Position numbers and translations under genes: made by a program. The notes beneath the pieces are model-generated. The model was not told the origin of the DNA. It searched no databases and saw nothing but the letters and a program-made list of their open reading frames with translations. A DNA stretch of 64,000 nucleotides from assembly GCA_963754315.1 (NCBI GenBank), contig CAVWFS010000007.1, positions 512,001 to 576,000 of the forward strand, given 5' to 3'. Shown here one piece after another: positions 18,544 to 27,805 of the stretch. This stretch comes from an uncultured Candidatus Rokubacteria bacterium (GTDB lineage Bacteria; Methylomirabilota; Methylomirabilia; Rokubacteriales; CSP1-6). Numbering within the stretch: position 1 is the stretch's first letter; every line of letters starts with the position of its first letter.

Positions 18544-18923
18544 GAGGGCTGCTCATCCTGGTGCCGGTCCTGCTGCTGAGCGTCGGTCTGAGGCCGCCGC
18601 CCTGCGACGCACACGCCTCACTCGTCAGCTCGGTACCCGCGCAGCGATCGACGGTCACACACCCCCCGCGCCGTGTGGTGCTGACGTTCAACGAACGCCT
18701 GGAGCCGGCCTACACGCGGGTGTCGGTATGGGATGCGTCGGGCCAGCAGGTCGACTTGAAGGACGGCGCGGTCGACCTGGGCAATCCCAAGGTCGTCAAC
18801 GTGACACTGCCCCCCCTTCAGCCGGGACGTTACACGGTTCGCTATCGGGTGCTGTCCGTGGATGGCCACATCGTCGAGGCCAGCTTCGCATTCTCGGTCT
18901 CTCCGCCGGCACCTCGGAAGTGA
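18540..18923 (+). CDS. copC: Copper resistance protein CopC
   Basis: Mature N-terminus HASLVSSVP, LTFNE, G.YTV.YRVLSVDGH. Confidence 0.92.
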   Translation: MRGLLILVPVLLLSVGLRPPPCDAHASLVSSVPAQRSTVTHPPRRVVLTFNERLEPAYTRVSVWDASGQQVDLKDGAVDLGNPKVVNVTLPPLQPGRYTVRYRVLSVDGHIVEASFAFSVSPPAPRK

Positions 18924-18937
18924 CGAGAGGGTATCAG

Positions 18938-18966
18938 TTGCGAATCAATTGCAGTAGCCGTATCCT
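18938..18966 (+). promoter_or_regulatory. Sigma70-type promoter overlapped by a Fur/Zur-family-like 7-1-7 inverted repeat
   Basis: TTGCGA (18938-18943), 17 bp, TATCCT (18961-18966); TGCGAAT-C-AATTGCA (18939-18953). Confidence 0.55.
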
Positions 18967-18976
18967 CCCCGCAACG

Positions 18977-19288
18977 ATGAAGCGGAACATCCCCCGCGTC
19001 GGCCTGTGGAGCGTCCTCTTCTTCGCCCTGTTCGCACTGCTCCTCCAGGGCGGATCGCTTCCCCATCAACACCGGACGGCCGAGCCCGGGCTCTTCAATC
19101 ACGATCACGATCTAGGGGTCCTGGCCACCGTGGCCGGAGCCCTGCTCCCCCTCGGCCAGGACGCGACACCGACGTGGACCGCCCTGGCGCCGCTTTCGAC
19201 GCCAACGCCCGCTCCGCGCGCGTTGGTGCCCAGTCCTCACCCCGATCCACGCGCCCCGCCGCTCGTAGAGTCCTCGCCGCAGTCCTGA
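18977..19288 (+). CDS. DUF2946-like His-rich leader protein with RAPP (copy 3)
   Basis: N-terminal TM, PHQH...NHDHDL, Pro/Ala linker, PDPRAPPLVESSPQS*. Confidence 0.78.
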   Translation: MKRNIPRVGLWSVLFFALFALLLQGGSLPHQHRTAEPGLFNHDHDLGVLATVAGALLPLGQDATPTWTALAPLSTPTPAPRALVPSPHPDPRAPPLVESSPQS

Positions 19289-19345
19289 GACCAGCTCCCA
19301 CCGGGAGCTGACGGTCCACCCTCATCTCAGTCGGAGGACTCTATG
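19264..19345 (+). promoter_or_regulatory. SD-sequestering mRNA structure (translational attenuator)
   Basis: TAGAGTCCTC (19266-19275) is the exact complement of GAGGACTCTA (19334-19343, covering the SD and the A of ATG); nested CTGAGA/TCTCAG and CAGCTCCC/GGGAGCTG helices. Confidence 0.75.
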
Positions 19346-20769
19346 CACACGTGGAAGGCATGGGTGCTTTTGCTGGGCGTTCCCCTGGCGGCCGGGCCGG
19401 CCTTCGCCCAGGATGCCGAGACGCTCCGCAAGGAACTCGATCAGATGAAGAAGCAGTTCGAGCAGCTGAAGGGTGAATACCAGAAGGCCATCGATCAGAT
19501 GTCCGAGCGGCTCAACCGAATAGAATCCAAGCCTCAACAGGCAACCACGCCGCCCGCGGCCCCGGCCGTTGCACAGGTGCCCCCGGCCTCGACCCAAGCC
19601 GCACCCTCGATGCCGTCCGTCGGCGACCTTCTGAGGCCGCGGGAGCCCTTCTCGCTCTATGGTGCCGGCGGCAAGGGTCAGCTCATGTTCGATGTGGGAG
19701 TGGTCGGCGACTTTATCGGTGACTTCAGCAACAAGAGCACGCCCCAATTCCAGCCGCTGGCCACCTTCCCTGGCCAGGCCCAGAGAGTCTTTGCCCGTGA
19801 GATCGAGATCGGGTTCTGGGGTGCCGTTGATCCCTACGCTCGTGCCTACGTCATCATCGAGGCGGGCGAGGAGTTCGATCCCACCAACCGCACCTCGGAG
19901 TTCGGCGTCGAGCTGGCGGAGGCGGCCGCCACCATCACCGCCCTGCCCTGGGGCTTCCAGGACAAGTTCGGCTTGATGCGCAACCGTTTCGGACTCCTGA
20001 ATCAGCTGCACGACCACGACCTGCCCCAACCCGACCGGCCGGCGGTGCTCGTGAACTTCTTCGGTCAGGAAGGTTTGACCGAAACCGGCAACGAGCTGAC
20101 CTGGGTCCCGAACCTGCCTTTCTACCTCGAGGGCCTCTTCGGCATCTTCAACGGCGATAACGAAGTCGCCTTCGGCAGCGCCAGCTTCCGCAGCCCACTA
20201 TTCACTGGGCGGTTCCGGACCTTCCTCGACTTCGGTGCCTTCGGCGCCTTCCAGCTCGGCGCCTCCGTGGCGGCGGGAACGACCAGCCAGAACCTCTCCG
20301 AGCACCATCTTCGACGCCGAGTCGAAGTACAAGCTGACCCCGGAAGGCTGGCGTCATCCTCTGCTCACGGTGGCGGGCGAATTCCTCCAGGCCTGGCGGA
20401 CGAACCTGGTCACCCAGACATCGATCGATCCGGAAACGGGCGACCTGATCGAGACCACGACGAAGCAGAAGACGTCTCCCGTGGGCTTCTACGTGTACGC
20501 CGAGGTGCAGCCCTTCAAGCGATGGCTGGGCGGCGTCCGCTACGACAACTCCGAGTATCTGCAGTTCGCGGGCCGTCAGTGGGCCGTCGAGCCCTACATC
20601 GCGTTTCAGCCGTCAGACTTCCTGCGCTTCCGCCTGGCGTACAAGTACACCCACTTCAACGCGCAGGCCTCCGCCAATCTGGGGGGGCCGGCCGGATGCG
20701 CAGAACCTCAGCGAGGTGCTGCTCCAGGCCACGTTCTTACTCGGTGCCCATCCATCGCATCCGTTCTAG
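19343..20769 (+). CDS. Outer-membrane beta-barrel, putative Zn/metal porin (apparent +1 frameshifts near 20299 and 20685)
   Basis: Signal peptide, coiled coil, REIEIGFWGAVDPY, FGLLNQLHDHD, SDFLRFRLAY, C-terminus LGAHPSHPF* (three frames joined). Confidence 0.78.
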
Positions 20770-20783
20770 GAGGGAGATCAGTC

Positions 20784-21700
20784 ATGCGACGTATGATCCG
20801 CATGATTCTCGCCAGCCTCGTTGCCCTCGGGCTCACGGCCGGGGGCGCGGCGGCGGCGAGCAAGGTCAAGGTGGTGGCCTCCTTGCCTGACTCTGAAGGC
20901 CCTCACGGAGGCGGTGGGCGGTGATCTCGTCGAGGTCGATAGTCTGGCCCGCGGAACCCAGAACCCCCACGACATCGAGGTGCGGCCTAGCCTGATGCTG
21001 AAGCTCCGCCGCGCCGACCTTCTCGTGCGTAACGGCGTGGGAGGCGACCCGTGGGTAGAGCCTCTCCTCATGGGCGGCCAAAACGCCCAGATCTTTCCGG
21101 GCGGCCCCGGCTACGTCGACGCCTCGGTCGGCATACGGATCCTGGCCCCTTCCGGCCCAGTCGACCGCTCGCGCGGAGACGTCCATCCCGAGGGTAATCC
21201 CCACTACACGATGGATCCCGCCAACGCGGCCCAGGTCACCCAGAACATCGTGGACGGCCTCAAGCGAGTGGCGCCACAGAGCGCGGCCGCCTTCGACGAG
21301 CAACGACGTGCCTTCCTGGCTCGACTCGACGAGCGACCTCGCTCGGTGGCAGAAGACGATGGATCCCGTTCGGGGAGCGCCGGTTGTCACCTACCATGAA
21401 ACCTTCAACTATTTTCTCAACCGCTTCGGCCTGAAGTTCGTGGGTGCGGTCGAAGATCGACCCGGCATCCCGCCGTCTCCCACCCACCTGGCTAGCCTCA
21501 TAAGGCAGATGAAGGATCAAGGGGTCAAGGTAGTGGTGGCCGATCCATGGTCCGATCGCAAGACGGCTGATCTCGTGGCGCGCGACAGCGGGGCTCGGGC
21601 GCTGGTGCTCCCGTCGGCCGTGGGCGGGGTGAAGGGGGTGGACACGTACACGCAGATGATCGACTACAACGTCAACGCCCTCGCTAGCGCCGCGAAGTAG
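20784..21700 (+). CDS. Zn/Mn ABC substrate-binding protein (apparent +1 frameshifts near 20892 and 21331)
   Basis: KVVASL, QNPH, GDVHPEGNPHY, VTYHE, PGIPPSPTHL. Confidence 0.85.
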
Positions 21701-21711
21701 GCGGGCGCCGC

Positions 21712-22608
21712 ATGGCCGACCTGCTGTCGCTGCTCTGGGCCCCATTCCTGATGTGCCTGGTCCTCACGGGGATCCATGCCTACCTTGGCATCCACGTGCT
21801 CGCCCGAGAGGTCGTCTTCGTCGACATCGCTCTCGCCCAGATCGCGGCCCTGGGGGCCACGGCCGCCTTTCTGGTCGGCTACGAGCTGGAATCAGCCATC
21901 TCGTACTTCTTCGGCCTCGGAGCTACCCTGGTCGGGGCCTTCGTGCTCGCTTGCACCCGCACGCGGGAGCGTCACGTGTCCCAGGAGGCTGTCATCGGCG
22001 TGGTCTACGCCGTCTCCTCAGCAGGCGCGGTGCTCCTCATGGCCAACGCACCGCACGGCGCCGAGCACTTGAGGTCCATGCTGGTGGGCAACATCATCAC
22101 CGTGAGCGGGCGCGAGGTGGCCCAGGTGGCCTTGCTCTACGCAGGCATCGGAGTCCTCCACTGGTTGTGCCGGCGCCCCTTCTTTCTGATCTCCACCGAT
22201 CCCGAGGCGGCCTTTCAGGAAGGCTGGCGGGTCCGCCTGTGGGATTTCATCTTTTACGCATCGTTCGGCTTAGTCGTCACGAGCTCCGTTCGCATTGCGG
22301 GGGTGCTGCTCGTCTTTGCCTACCTCATCGTTCCCGCCCTGGCCGGGACGACTCTGGGTTTCTCCGTCGGGAGTCGTCTTCTCATTGGCTGGGGGTTCGG
22401 TACACTGGTGAGCGTGGTGGGGATGGCAGCCTCGGCGACGTTCGATCTGCCGACCGGAGCCACCGTGGTCTGCGCTTTTGGCCTCACCCTGCTGGTAGGG
22501 TGGGTAATGGCGCGGATCTTCGGGTGGATGCCGCGCGGGGCTCGCCGGATGAGCGAGGAGGCATTCCGCAAGGATGGCCTGACCGAACGCGGGAGAGTCA
22601 AGCCATGA
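21712..22608 (+). CDS. Zn/Mn ABC permease
   Basis: HAYLGIHVLAREVVFVDIALAQ, EAVIG, SVRIAGVLLVFAYLIVPA, DLPTGATVV. Confidence 0.9.
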   Translation: MADLLSLLWAPFLMCLVLTGIHAYLGIHVLAREVVFVDIALAQIAALGATAAFLVGYELESAISYFFGLGATLVGAFVLACTRTRERHVSQEAVIGVVYAVSSAGAVLLMANAPHGAEHLRSMLVGNIITVSGREVAQVALLYAGIGVLHWLCRRPFFLISTDPEAAFQEGWRVRLWDFIFYASFGLVVTSSVRIAGVLLVFAYLIVPALAGTTLGFSVGSRLLIGWGFGTLVSVVGMAASATFDLPTGATVVCAFGLTLLVGWVMARIFGWMPRGARRMSEEAFRKDGLTERGRVKP

Positions 22609-23594
22609 AGCATTCAGCCTTCTCCCTGATCGCGGCGCTGATCCTGCTTGCCGCGTGCAACCAGTCACCAGAGAGCACGAGCGAGTCCAAGGTAGCCTCG
22701 ACGCCACCGCCACCGAAGCCCAAGCCCATCGTGGTTGCGAGCTTCTATCCGCTCTACGAGTTCAGCCGTCAGGTGGCGGGAGACCGGGCCGAGGTCCGGT
22801 CGATGGTGCCGCCCGGGGTGGAGCCCCACGACTGGGAACCGGCTCCCCAGGACGTGGCGCGCCTCGAGAAGGCGCAGGTCTTTGTCTACAACGGGGCTGG
22901 GTTTGAGCCGTGGGCCGACAAGCTGCTCGCCAACCTTGGTGGCAAGGGGCCCGTCGTCGCAGTCGCGACGACCGGGATCGAGTTGTTGCCGGCCGATCTG
23001 CCTGGTCACGATCACGGGCACGGTAAGGCCCCCAAGGACAAGAAACCCGCGAAGAGCGAGGCCGTCCTGCAGGATCCCCACGTCTGGCTCGACCCGATCC
23101 TCGCCCAGAGACAGGTCGAGAACATCCGGGCTGCGCTCGCCAAGGCTGATCCCGACAATGCCGAGCACTACGGCGCCCAGGCCAATGCCTTCACGGAGCG
23201 GCTGACGGTGCTCCATGACAGATTCGTACAGGGACTTGGCGACTGCGCCCGCCGGGAGATCATCGTCTCCCACGCCTCGTTCACCTACCCATCCAAGCGC
23301 TATCGCCTGAGCCAGATGCCGGTCATGGGACTCTCGCCCGAATCCGAGCCCAGTCCAGCCCAGCTGGCCCAGATCGTTCGCTTCGCTCGGCGCCACAAAG
23401 CGCAGTACATCTTCTTCGAGACCTTGATCAGCCCGAAGCTGGCCGAGACCTTGGCGCGCGAGGTGGGGGCAAAGACACTCGTCCTCAATCCTCTGGAGGG
23501 CCTCACCAAGGACGACGAAGCGGCGGGCAAGGGGTACGTCAGCATCATGGAGGACAATTTGCGGCACCTGCGGATCGCACTCGAATGCAAGTAG
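22605..23594 (+). CDS. znuA: Zinc ABC substrate-binding lipoprotein
   Basis: Lipobox LAAC, VASFYP, EPHDWEP, His-rich loop HDHGHG, DPHVWLDP, SHASF, LNPLEG. Confidence 0.9.
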   Translation: MKHSAFSLIAALILLAACNQSPESTSESKVASTPPPPKPKPIVVASFYPLYEFSRQVAGDRAEVRSMVPPGVEPHDWEPAPQDVARLEKAQVFVYNGAGFEPWADKLLANLGGKGPVVAVATTGIELLPADLPGHDHGHGKAPKDKKPAKSEAVLQDPHVWLDPILAQRQVENIRAALAKADPDNAEHYGAQANAFTERLTVLHDRFVQGLGDCARREIIVSHASFTYPSKRYRLSQMPVMGLSPESEPSPAQLAQIVRFARRHKAQYIFFETLISPKLAETLAREVGAKTLVLNPLEGLTKDDEAAGKGYVSIMEDNLRHLRIALECK

Positions 23595-23616
23595 ACGCGA
23601 ACCACCCTTGGGCCCC

Positions 23617-24381
23617 ATGACGGTCAAGCTGCTCGAGGTCGATCACGTATCGGTCCAGTACGGGGACACCTTGGTCCTGGACGGCGTGAGCCTCGAGGTG
23701 TTCCGTGGCGAGTTTCTCGGGATCATCGGGCCCAACGGCTCGGGCAAGACGACCCTGCTCCGCGTGATGCTCGGCCTGCTCCGCCCCACGAGCGGTGAGG
23801 TACGACTCTTCGGGCAGCCCCTCGCGACCTTCCGAGACTGGCGTCGGCTCGGCTACATGCCCCAGCGGGCGTCGTTCGACGCCGCCCTCCCCGTGACTGC
23901 CGCCGAGGTCGTGGCGTCGGGCCTCATTCCCATTCTCGGCTGGGGGCGTCGGATCGGACCCGATGAGCGGAGGAAGGTGAACGAAAGCCTCGCCCTGGTC
24001 GGGATGGAGAAGCAGGCCGGCGCCCGCATCGGCGCCCTGTCCATGGGTCAGCAGCAGCGAGTCCTCATCGCTCGCGCGCTGGTCTCGAACCCGGAGCTGC
24101 TGCTGCTCGACGAGCCGACGGCGAGCATCGACGCCGACGCCCAGAGCAGCTTCTACACGCTCCTACGTTCCTTCAATCGCGAGCGCGGGGTGACTCTGGT
24201 CATCGTGAGCCATGACATCGGCGTGGTGGCCCACGAGGTCAGCCGGGTCGCATGCCTCAACCGCAACCTCCTCTTCTGCGGGCCCCCCGCCGACGTCCTG
24301 ACCCAGGAGGCGCTCAGCACCCTCTACGGCTCGTCGGTTCGCGTGGTGCCTCACCGGGATCCGTGCGCGCATGCTCCCTGA
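23617..24381 (+). CDS. znuC: Zinc ABC ATP-binding protein
   Basis: GPNGSGKTT, LSMGQQQRV, LLLDEP, VSHD, VACLN. Confidence 0.9.
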   Translation: MTVKLLEVDHVSVQYGDTLVLDGVSLEVFRGEFLGIIGPNGSGKTTLLRVMLGLLRPTSGEVRLFGQPLATFRDWRRLGYMPQRASFDAALPVTAAEVVASGLIPILGWGRRIGPDERRKVNESLALVGMEKQAGARIGALSMGQQQRVLIARALVSNPELLLLDEPTASIDADAQSSFYTLLRSFNRERGVTLVIVSHDIGVVAHEVSRVACLNRNLLFCGPPADVLTQEALSTLYGSSVRVVPHRDPCAHAP

Positions 24382-25198
24382 GTTCCTCGAGTACGGCTTC
24401 ATGCAACGGGCCTTCGCGGTTGGCATCGTCACCGCGCTCATTTGCCCGGCCATTGGGGTCTTCCTCATCCCACGCCGCCTCTCGCTGATCGCGGACACGC
24501 TGGCCCACGTGGCTCTGGCTGGCGTCGCCCTTGGCCTGCTGCTTGGCCTCTCGCCCATTCTCGGGGCCCTCGTGGTCACCGTGGGCGGCGCCATCGGGAT
24601 CGAACGCCTGCGCGCCCGGGGAGCCCTGCACGGGGATGCCTCCCTGGCCGTCTTTCTGTCCGGCGGCTTCGCGGTGGCCGTGGTGCTGATCAGCCTGGCC
24701 CGGGGCTTCAACGCCGACCTCTTCGCAGTGCTCTTCGGCAGCATCCTCACGGTAAGCCCCCTCGACGTCGCGGTGGTGGGGACCCTCGGGGTGGCGGTGG
24801 CCGTGACCCTATTCGTGTTCTACCGCCAGCTCCTCGCCATCACCCTGAACGAAGATCTCGCGCGCACCGCCGGCGTGCCGGTGGCGGCCCTCAACCTGAT
24901 GCTCACCATGTTGACCGCCATCACCACCGTCGTGTCCATGCGCATGGTTGGGGTGCTCTTGGTGAGCGCCATGATCGTCATTCCCACCCTGACCGGGTTC
25001 ACCGTTGGTCGCAGTTTCCGGCAGGCGACCGGCGTCGCCATCGCGGCTGCCGTGCTCGCAGTCACGGTCGGCCTGATCGCCGCCTACTACTTGCGGCTGG
25101 CCGCCGGAGGCTCGGTCGTCCTCACGGCCCTACTGATTTTTGGCGGGACGACCTTGGCCAGTCGGACGGCGCCTCGCCGGCGCCCGATCGTGGCATGA
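24371..25198 (+). CDS. znuB: Zinc ABC permease
   Basis: FMQRAF, RRLSLIADTLAH, LFGSIL, VGVLLVSAMIVIP. Confidence 0.9.
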   Translation: MLPEFLEYGFMQRAFAVGIVTALICPAIGVFLIPRRLSLIADTLAHVALAGVALGLLLGLSPILGALVVTVGGAIGIERLRARGALHGDASLAVFLSGGFAVAVVLISLARGFNADLFAVLFGSILTVSPLDVAVVGTLGVAVAVTLFVFYRQLLAITLNEDLARTAGVPVAALNLMLTMLTAITTVVSMRMVGVLLVSAMIVIPTLTGFTVGRSFRQATGVAIAAAVLAVTVGLIAAYYLRLAAGGSVVLTALLIFGGTTLASRTAPRRRPIVA

Positions 25199-25797
25199 CG
25201 GTCCCGCCGCTGGGCCGGCCCCGATGGAGGCGGAGGCTCTGGGCGGCGATCCTCGCCTTGGGGATCAGCCTCGTTCACTCGGCAGTCAGTGCCCATCCCC
25301 ACGTCTTTGTCGAGCACAGCATTACCGTTGTGGTGAACGTCGACGGGTTGGAAGGGTTCCGCTTTGCCTGGACGTTCGACGAAATGTTCAGCAGCATGAT
25401 CGTGCTGACCTTTGACGCGAACAAGGACAAGACCCTGTCGGCGCCCGAGGTAAAGACGATCGAGCAGAAGCATTTCGCCAACCTGAAGGACTTCAACTAC
25501 TTCGTCCATCTCCGCGTGAACGACAAACCGGTCGCGGTCCCGGGCTTCAAGGACTTCCACGTCAAGATGGCCGGCGGACAGGTCGTCTACGAGTTCACCA
25601 TTCCCATCAAGGCCACCGAAGGCACGCTCGAGGTAGCCGTTGACGATCCGACCTACTACTCGGCGTTCGCCCTGAGCGAGCGTTCCCCTGTCCAGGTTCA
25701 GTCCGCCAAGAACTACCGTGTCGATTGTCGGGTCGCCAAAGACGCGGGCGAGCTCAGCCAGATCGTCAAGTGCACCTTCAAGCGCCAAGGTCCCTGA
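25195..25797 (+). CDS. DUF1007 family periplasmic protein (ZevA-like)
   Basis: Signal peptide then HPHVF, WTFDEMFS, DPTYY. Confidence 0.88.
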   Translation: MTVPPLGRPRWRRRLWAAILALGISLVHSAVSAHPHVFVEHSITVVVNVDGLEGFRFAWTFDEMFSSMIVLTFDANKDKTLSAPEVKTIEQKHFANLKDFNYFVHLRVNDKPVAVPGFKDFHVKMAGGQVVYEFTIPIKATEGTLEVAVDDPTYYSAFALSERSPVQVQSAKNYRVDCRVAKDAGELSQIVKCTFKRQGP

Positions 25798-26780
25798 TGC
25801 GTCGAGCCATACTGATTGCTGGTCTCCTGACCCTCCTCGCCGGGCTCGGAGCGTCCGCGCAGGCTGGTGGCCTCCAGCTCGGCACCCCTCCAGCAGAGCG
25901 CTCCCAGGGTCGCGAGGGACCCCCACCGGCTCCGCCCCGTCCCGTCCCCGGACGCGGCAGTGAAGGGGTGGGACTGCTTCCCGTCCCTGGCTTTCTCCAG
26001 GGCGTCACCACGACCATCACCCAGGCCCAGCGCCGCCTCAATCAGACCCTGTCGCAGGAGATGCGGCGGATCCAGCAAACGGGCTCTCCGGCCGCCATCC
26101 TCACCGTCAGCGTGGTGGCTTTCCTGTACGGCGTTCTGCATGCGGCGGGGCCAGGGCACGGCAAGCTCGTTGTCTCCGCCTTCTTCCTCGGCCGTGAGGC
26201 CCGCATCATCAAGGGCGTCATGTTGGGCGGCCTCGTGTCGCTCCTGCAGACTCTGTCGGCCATCGCCATCGTGCTCGTTCTCGTTCTCGTCCTGGGACAG
26301 GGCGGTTTCGACGTGGTTCAGCAGTCGGTGTGGGTCGAGGTCACCAGCTACGGCCTCATCGTGCTGATCGGCCTCTACCTGATTTATGCCGCCCTCACCG
26401 GCCGCCACCTCGGCCATCACCATGGCGAGTCCAGCCATGGCCACGCCGAGTCTGACGAGCGTCACGTTCACCGAGGCGTGGTGCTGGCCGCTGGCCTCAC
26501 GCCCTGTGCCAGTGCCATCATCATCCTGCTCTTTGCGCTCGCCAATGGAGTGCTCGCCATCGGCATGGTGGCCACTCTCATCATGGCCGTGGGCATGAGC
26601 ATCACGGTGGCTCTGGTGGGGGTCGCCACCATTGCCACCCGCAGGACGCTTCTGAGCGTGATGGCCGCGCGGCCCCGCGCCGCGCTCTGGGTCAGGCGCG
26701 GCCTCACCTTGACGGGCGCCCTGTTGATCACGGTGGTGGGGTCGCTCTTCTTCGCCAGCGCCTGGGGCCGGCTGCATTGA
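25797..26780 (+). CDS. RcnA/NicO-type Ni/Co/Zn transporter (ZevB-like)
   Basis: YGVLHAAGPGHGK, His-rich loop, GLTPC, MAVGM. Confidence 0.9.
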   Translation: MRRAILIAGLLTLLAGLGASAQAGGLQLGTPPAERSQGREGPPPAPPRPVPGRGSEGVGLLPVPGFLQGVTTTITQAQRRLNQTLSQEMRRIQQTGSPAAILTVSVVAFLYGVLHAAGPGHGKLVVSAFFLGREARIIKGVMLGGLVSLLQTLSAIAIVLVLVLVLGQGGFDVVQQSVWVEVTSYGLIVLIGLYLIYAALTGRHLGHHHGESSHGHAESDERHVHRGVVLAAGLTPCASAIIILLFALANGVLAIGMVATLIMAVGMSITVALVGVATIATRRTLLSVMAARPRAALWVRRGLTLTGALLITVVGSLFFASAWGRLH

Positions 26781-27160
26781 GGCCGGCTGGGATCCGAGCC
26801 CTCGGTCTTGGGGCCATCCTCGCCCTCGTCGGCGCCTGCGTGTCGGTGCCTCCGAGCGCCACCTTCAAGGAACCTGCCGAGATCGCGGGGACGTGGCGGG
26901 GCCGCCTGAGTGGCCGCTCCGGCTACGCCATCGCCGGGATGACGATTACCCAGACTGGCGGCTTCACCGGGACAATGTATTTCGAGGGCGAGGACAAGGA
27001 TTTTAGCGGCGCCATCACCGTCGTCCGGCCCGGGCTCGCGCTCTACCGCAGCACTCAAGGCTCCGGCACCGTCGTTCTTCAGGAACAGGACGGCAAGCGC
27101 ACGCTGCGGTTTCAGCCCGAGGGGGGCGGCGTCGCTTCGGTGTTCTCGCCGGCTCCCTAA
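26777..27160 (+). CDS. Hypothetical lipoprotein
   Basis: Lipobox VGAC, IAGTWRG; TTGA overlap with the upstream stop. Confidence 0.65.
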   Translation: MRPAGIRALGLGAILALVGACVSVPPSATFKEPAEIAGTWRGRLSGRSGYAIAGMTITQTGGFTGTMYFEGEDKDFSGAITVVRPGLALYRSTQGSGTVVLQEQDGKRTLRFQPEGGGVASVFSPAP

Positions 27161-27255
27161 TGACGCGCCGCGAACCGGATCCCGTCGGCTGCGCCGCGGC
27201 TTGCTACACTGCGGGGGCCATGAACTGAAATTCCCGCTCCCACTAGGAGGCTGCC

Positions 27256-27729
27256 ATGCCGCTGACCCAGCTCAACCACTATTTCGTCCGCGCCAACGAT
27301 CTCGAGCAAACCAAGGACTTCTATTGCCGCGTCCTCGGGTTCGAGGTGATGCCCCGCCCGAACTTCCCCTTCCCCGGCTATTGGCTGGGCGTGAATGGCC
27401 AGATCCAGGTGCATATGGGGCCGCACGGTATCGACAATGCCCACATGTACTATCTGGGAACAGGTCACAACGCCGCCACGGACCAGTCGGGCGTGGTGGA
27501 CCACATCGCCTTCCTGGCCACGGAGCCCGGGGAGTTCATCCGGCGCTTCAAGACGATTGGCGTCGACTATCGGCCGCGGGCGCTGCCGGAGTCCGACCTC
27601 TACCAGATCTTCGTGACCGACCCCAACGGGCTCACCATCGAGCTCAACTTCTTCGGTCTGAAGGACGTCACGGACTGGGGCGGCGAGGATTACAGCGCCA
27701 TGGCCCGCCCGGCCATGTCGGCGGCCTGA
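27256..27729 (+). CDS. VOC/glyoxalase family protein
   Basis: LNHY...DLEQTKDFY..VLG, DHIAF, QIFVTDPNGLTIEL; AGGAGG SD. Confidence 0.92.
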   Translation: MPLTQLNHYFVRANDLEQTKDFYCRVLGFEVMPRPNFPFPGYWLGVNGQIQVHMGPHGIDNAHMYYLGTGHNAATDQSGVVDHIAFLATEPGEFIRRFKTIGVDYRPRALPESDLYQIFVTDPNGLTIELNFFGLKDVTDWGGEDYSAMARPAMSAA

Positions 27730-27805
27730 GGCGCCGTGAGACGTCCAAGAACCATGTCGAGGACGCCGACGCGCTGACTGGCCTCGCACAACCGAGCGTC
27801 CACGG

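Noticed and set aside
12787..21700. Pseudogenisation or programmed frameshifting of the metal island
   Set aside because: All breaks are single +1 events with no nonsense codons or slippery heptamers, and the same error type occurs in unrelated genes.
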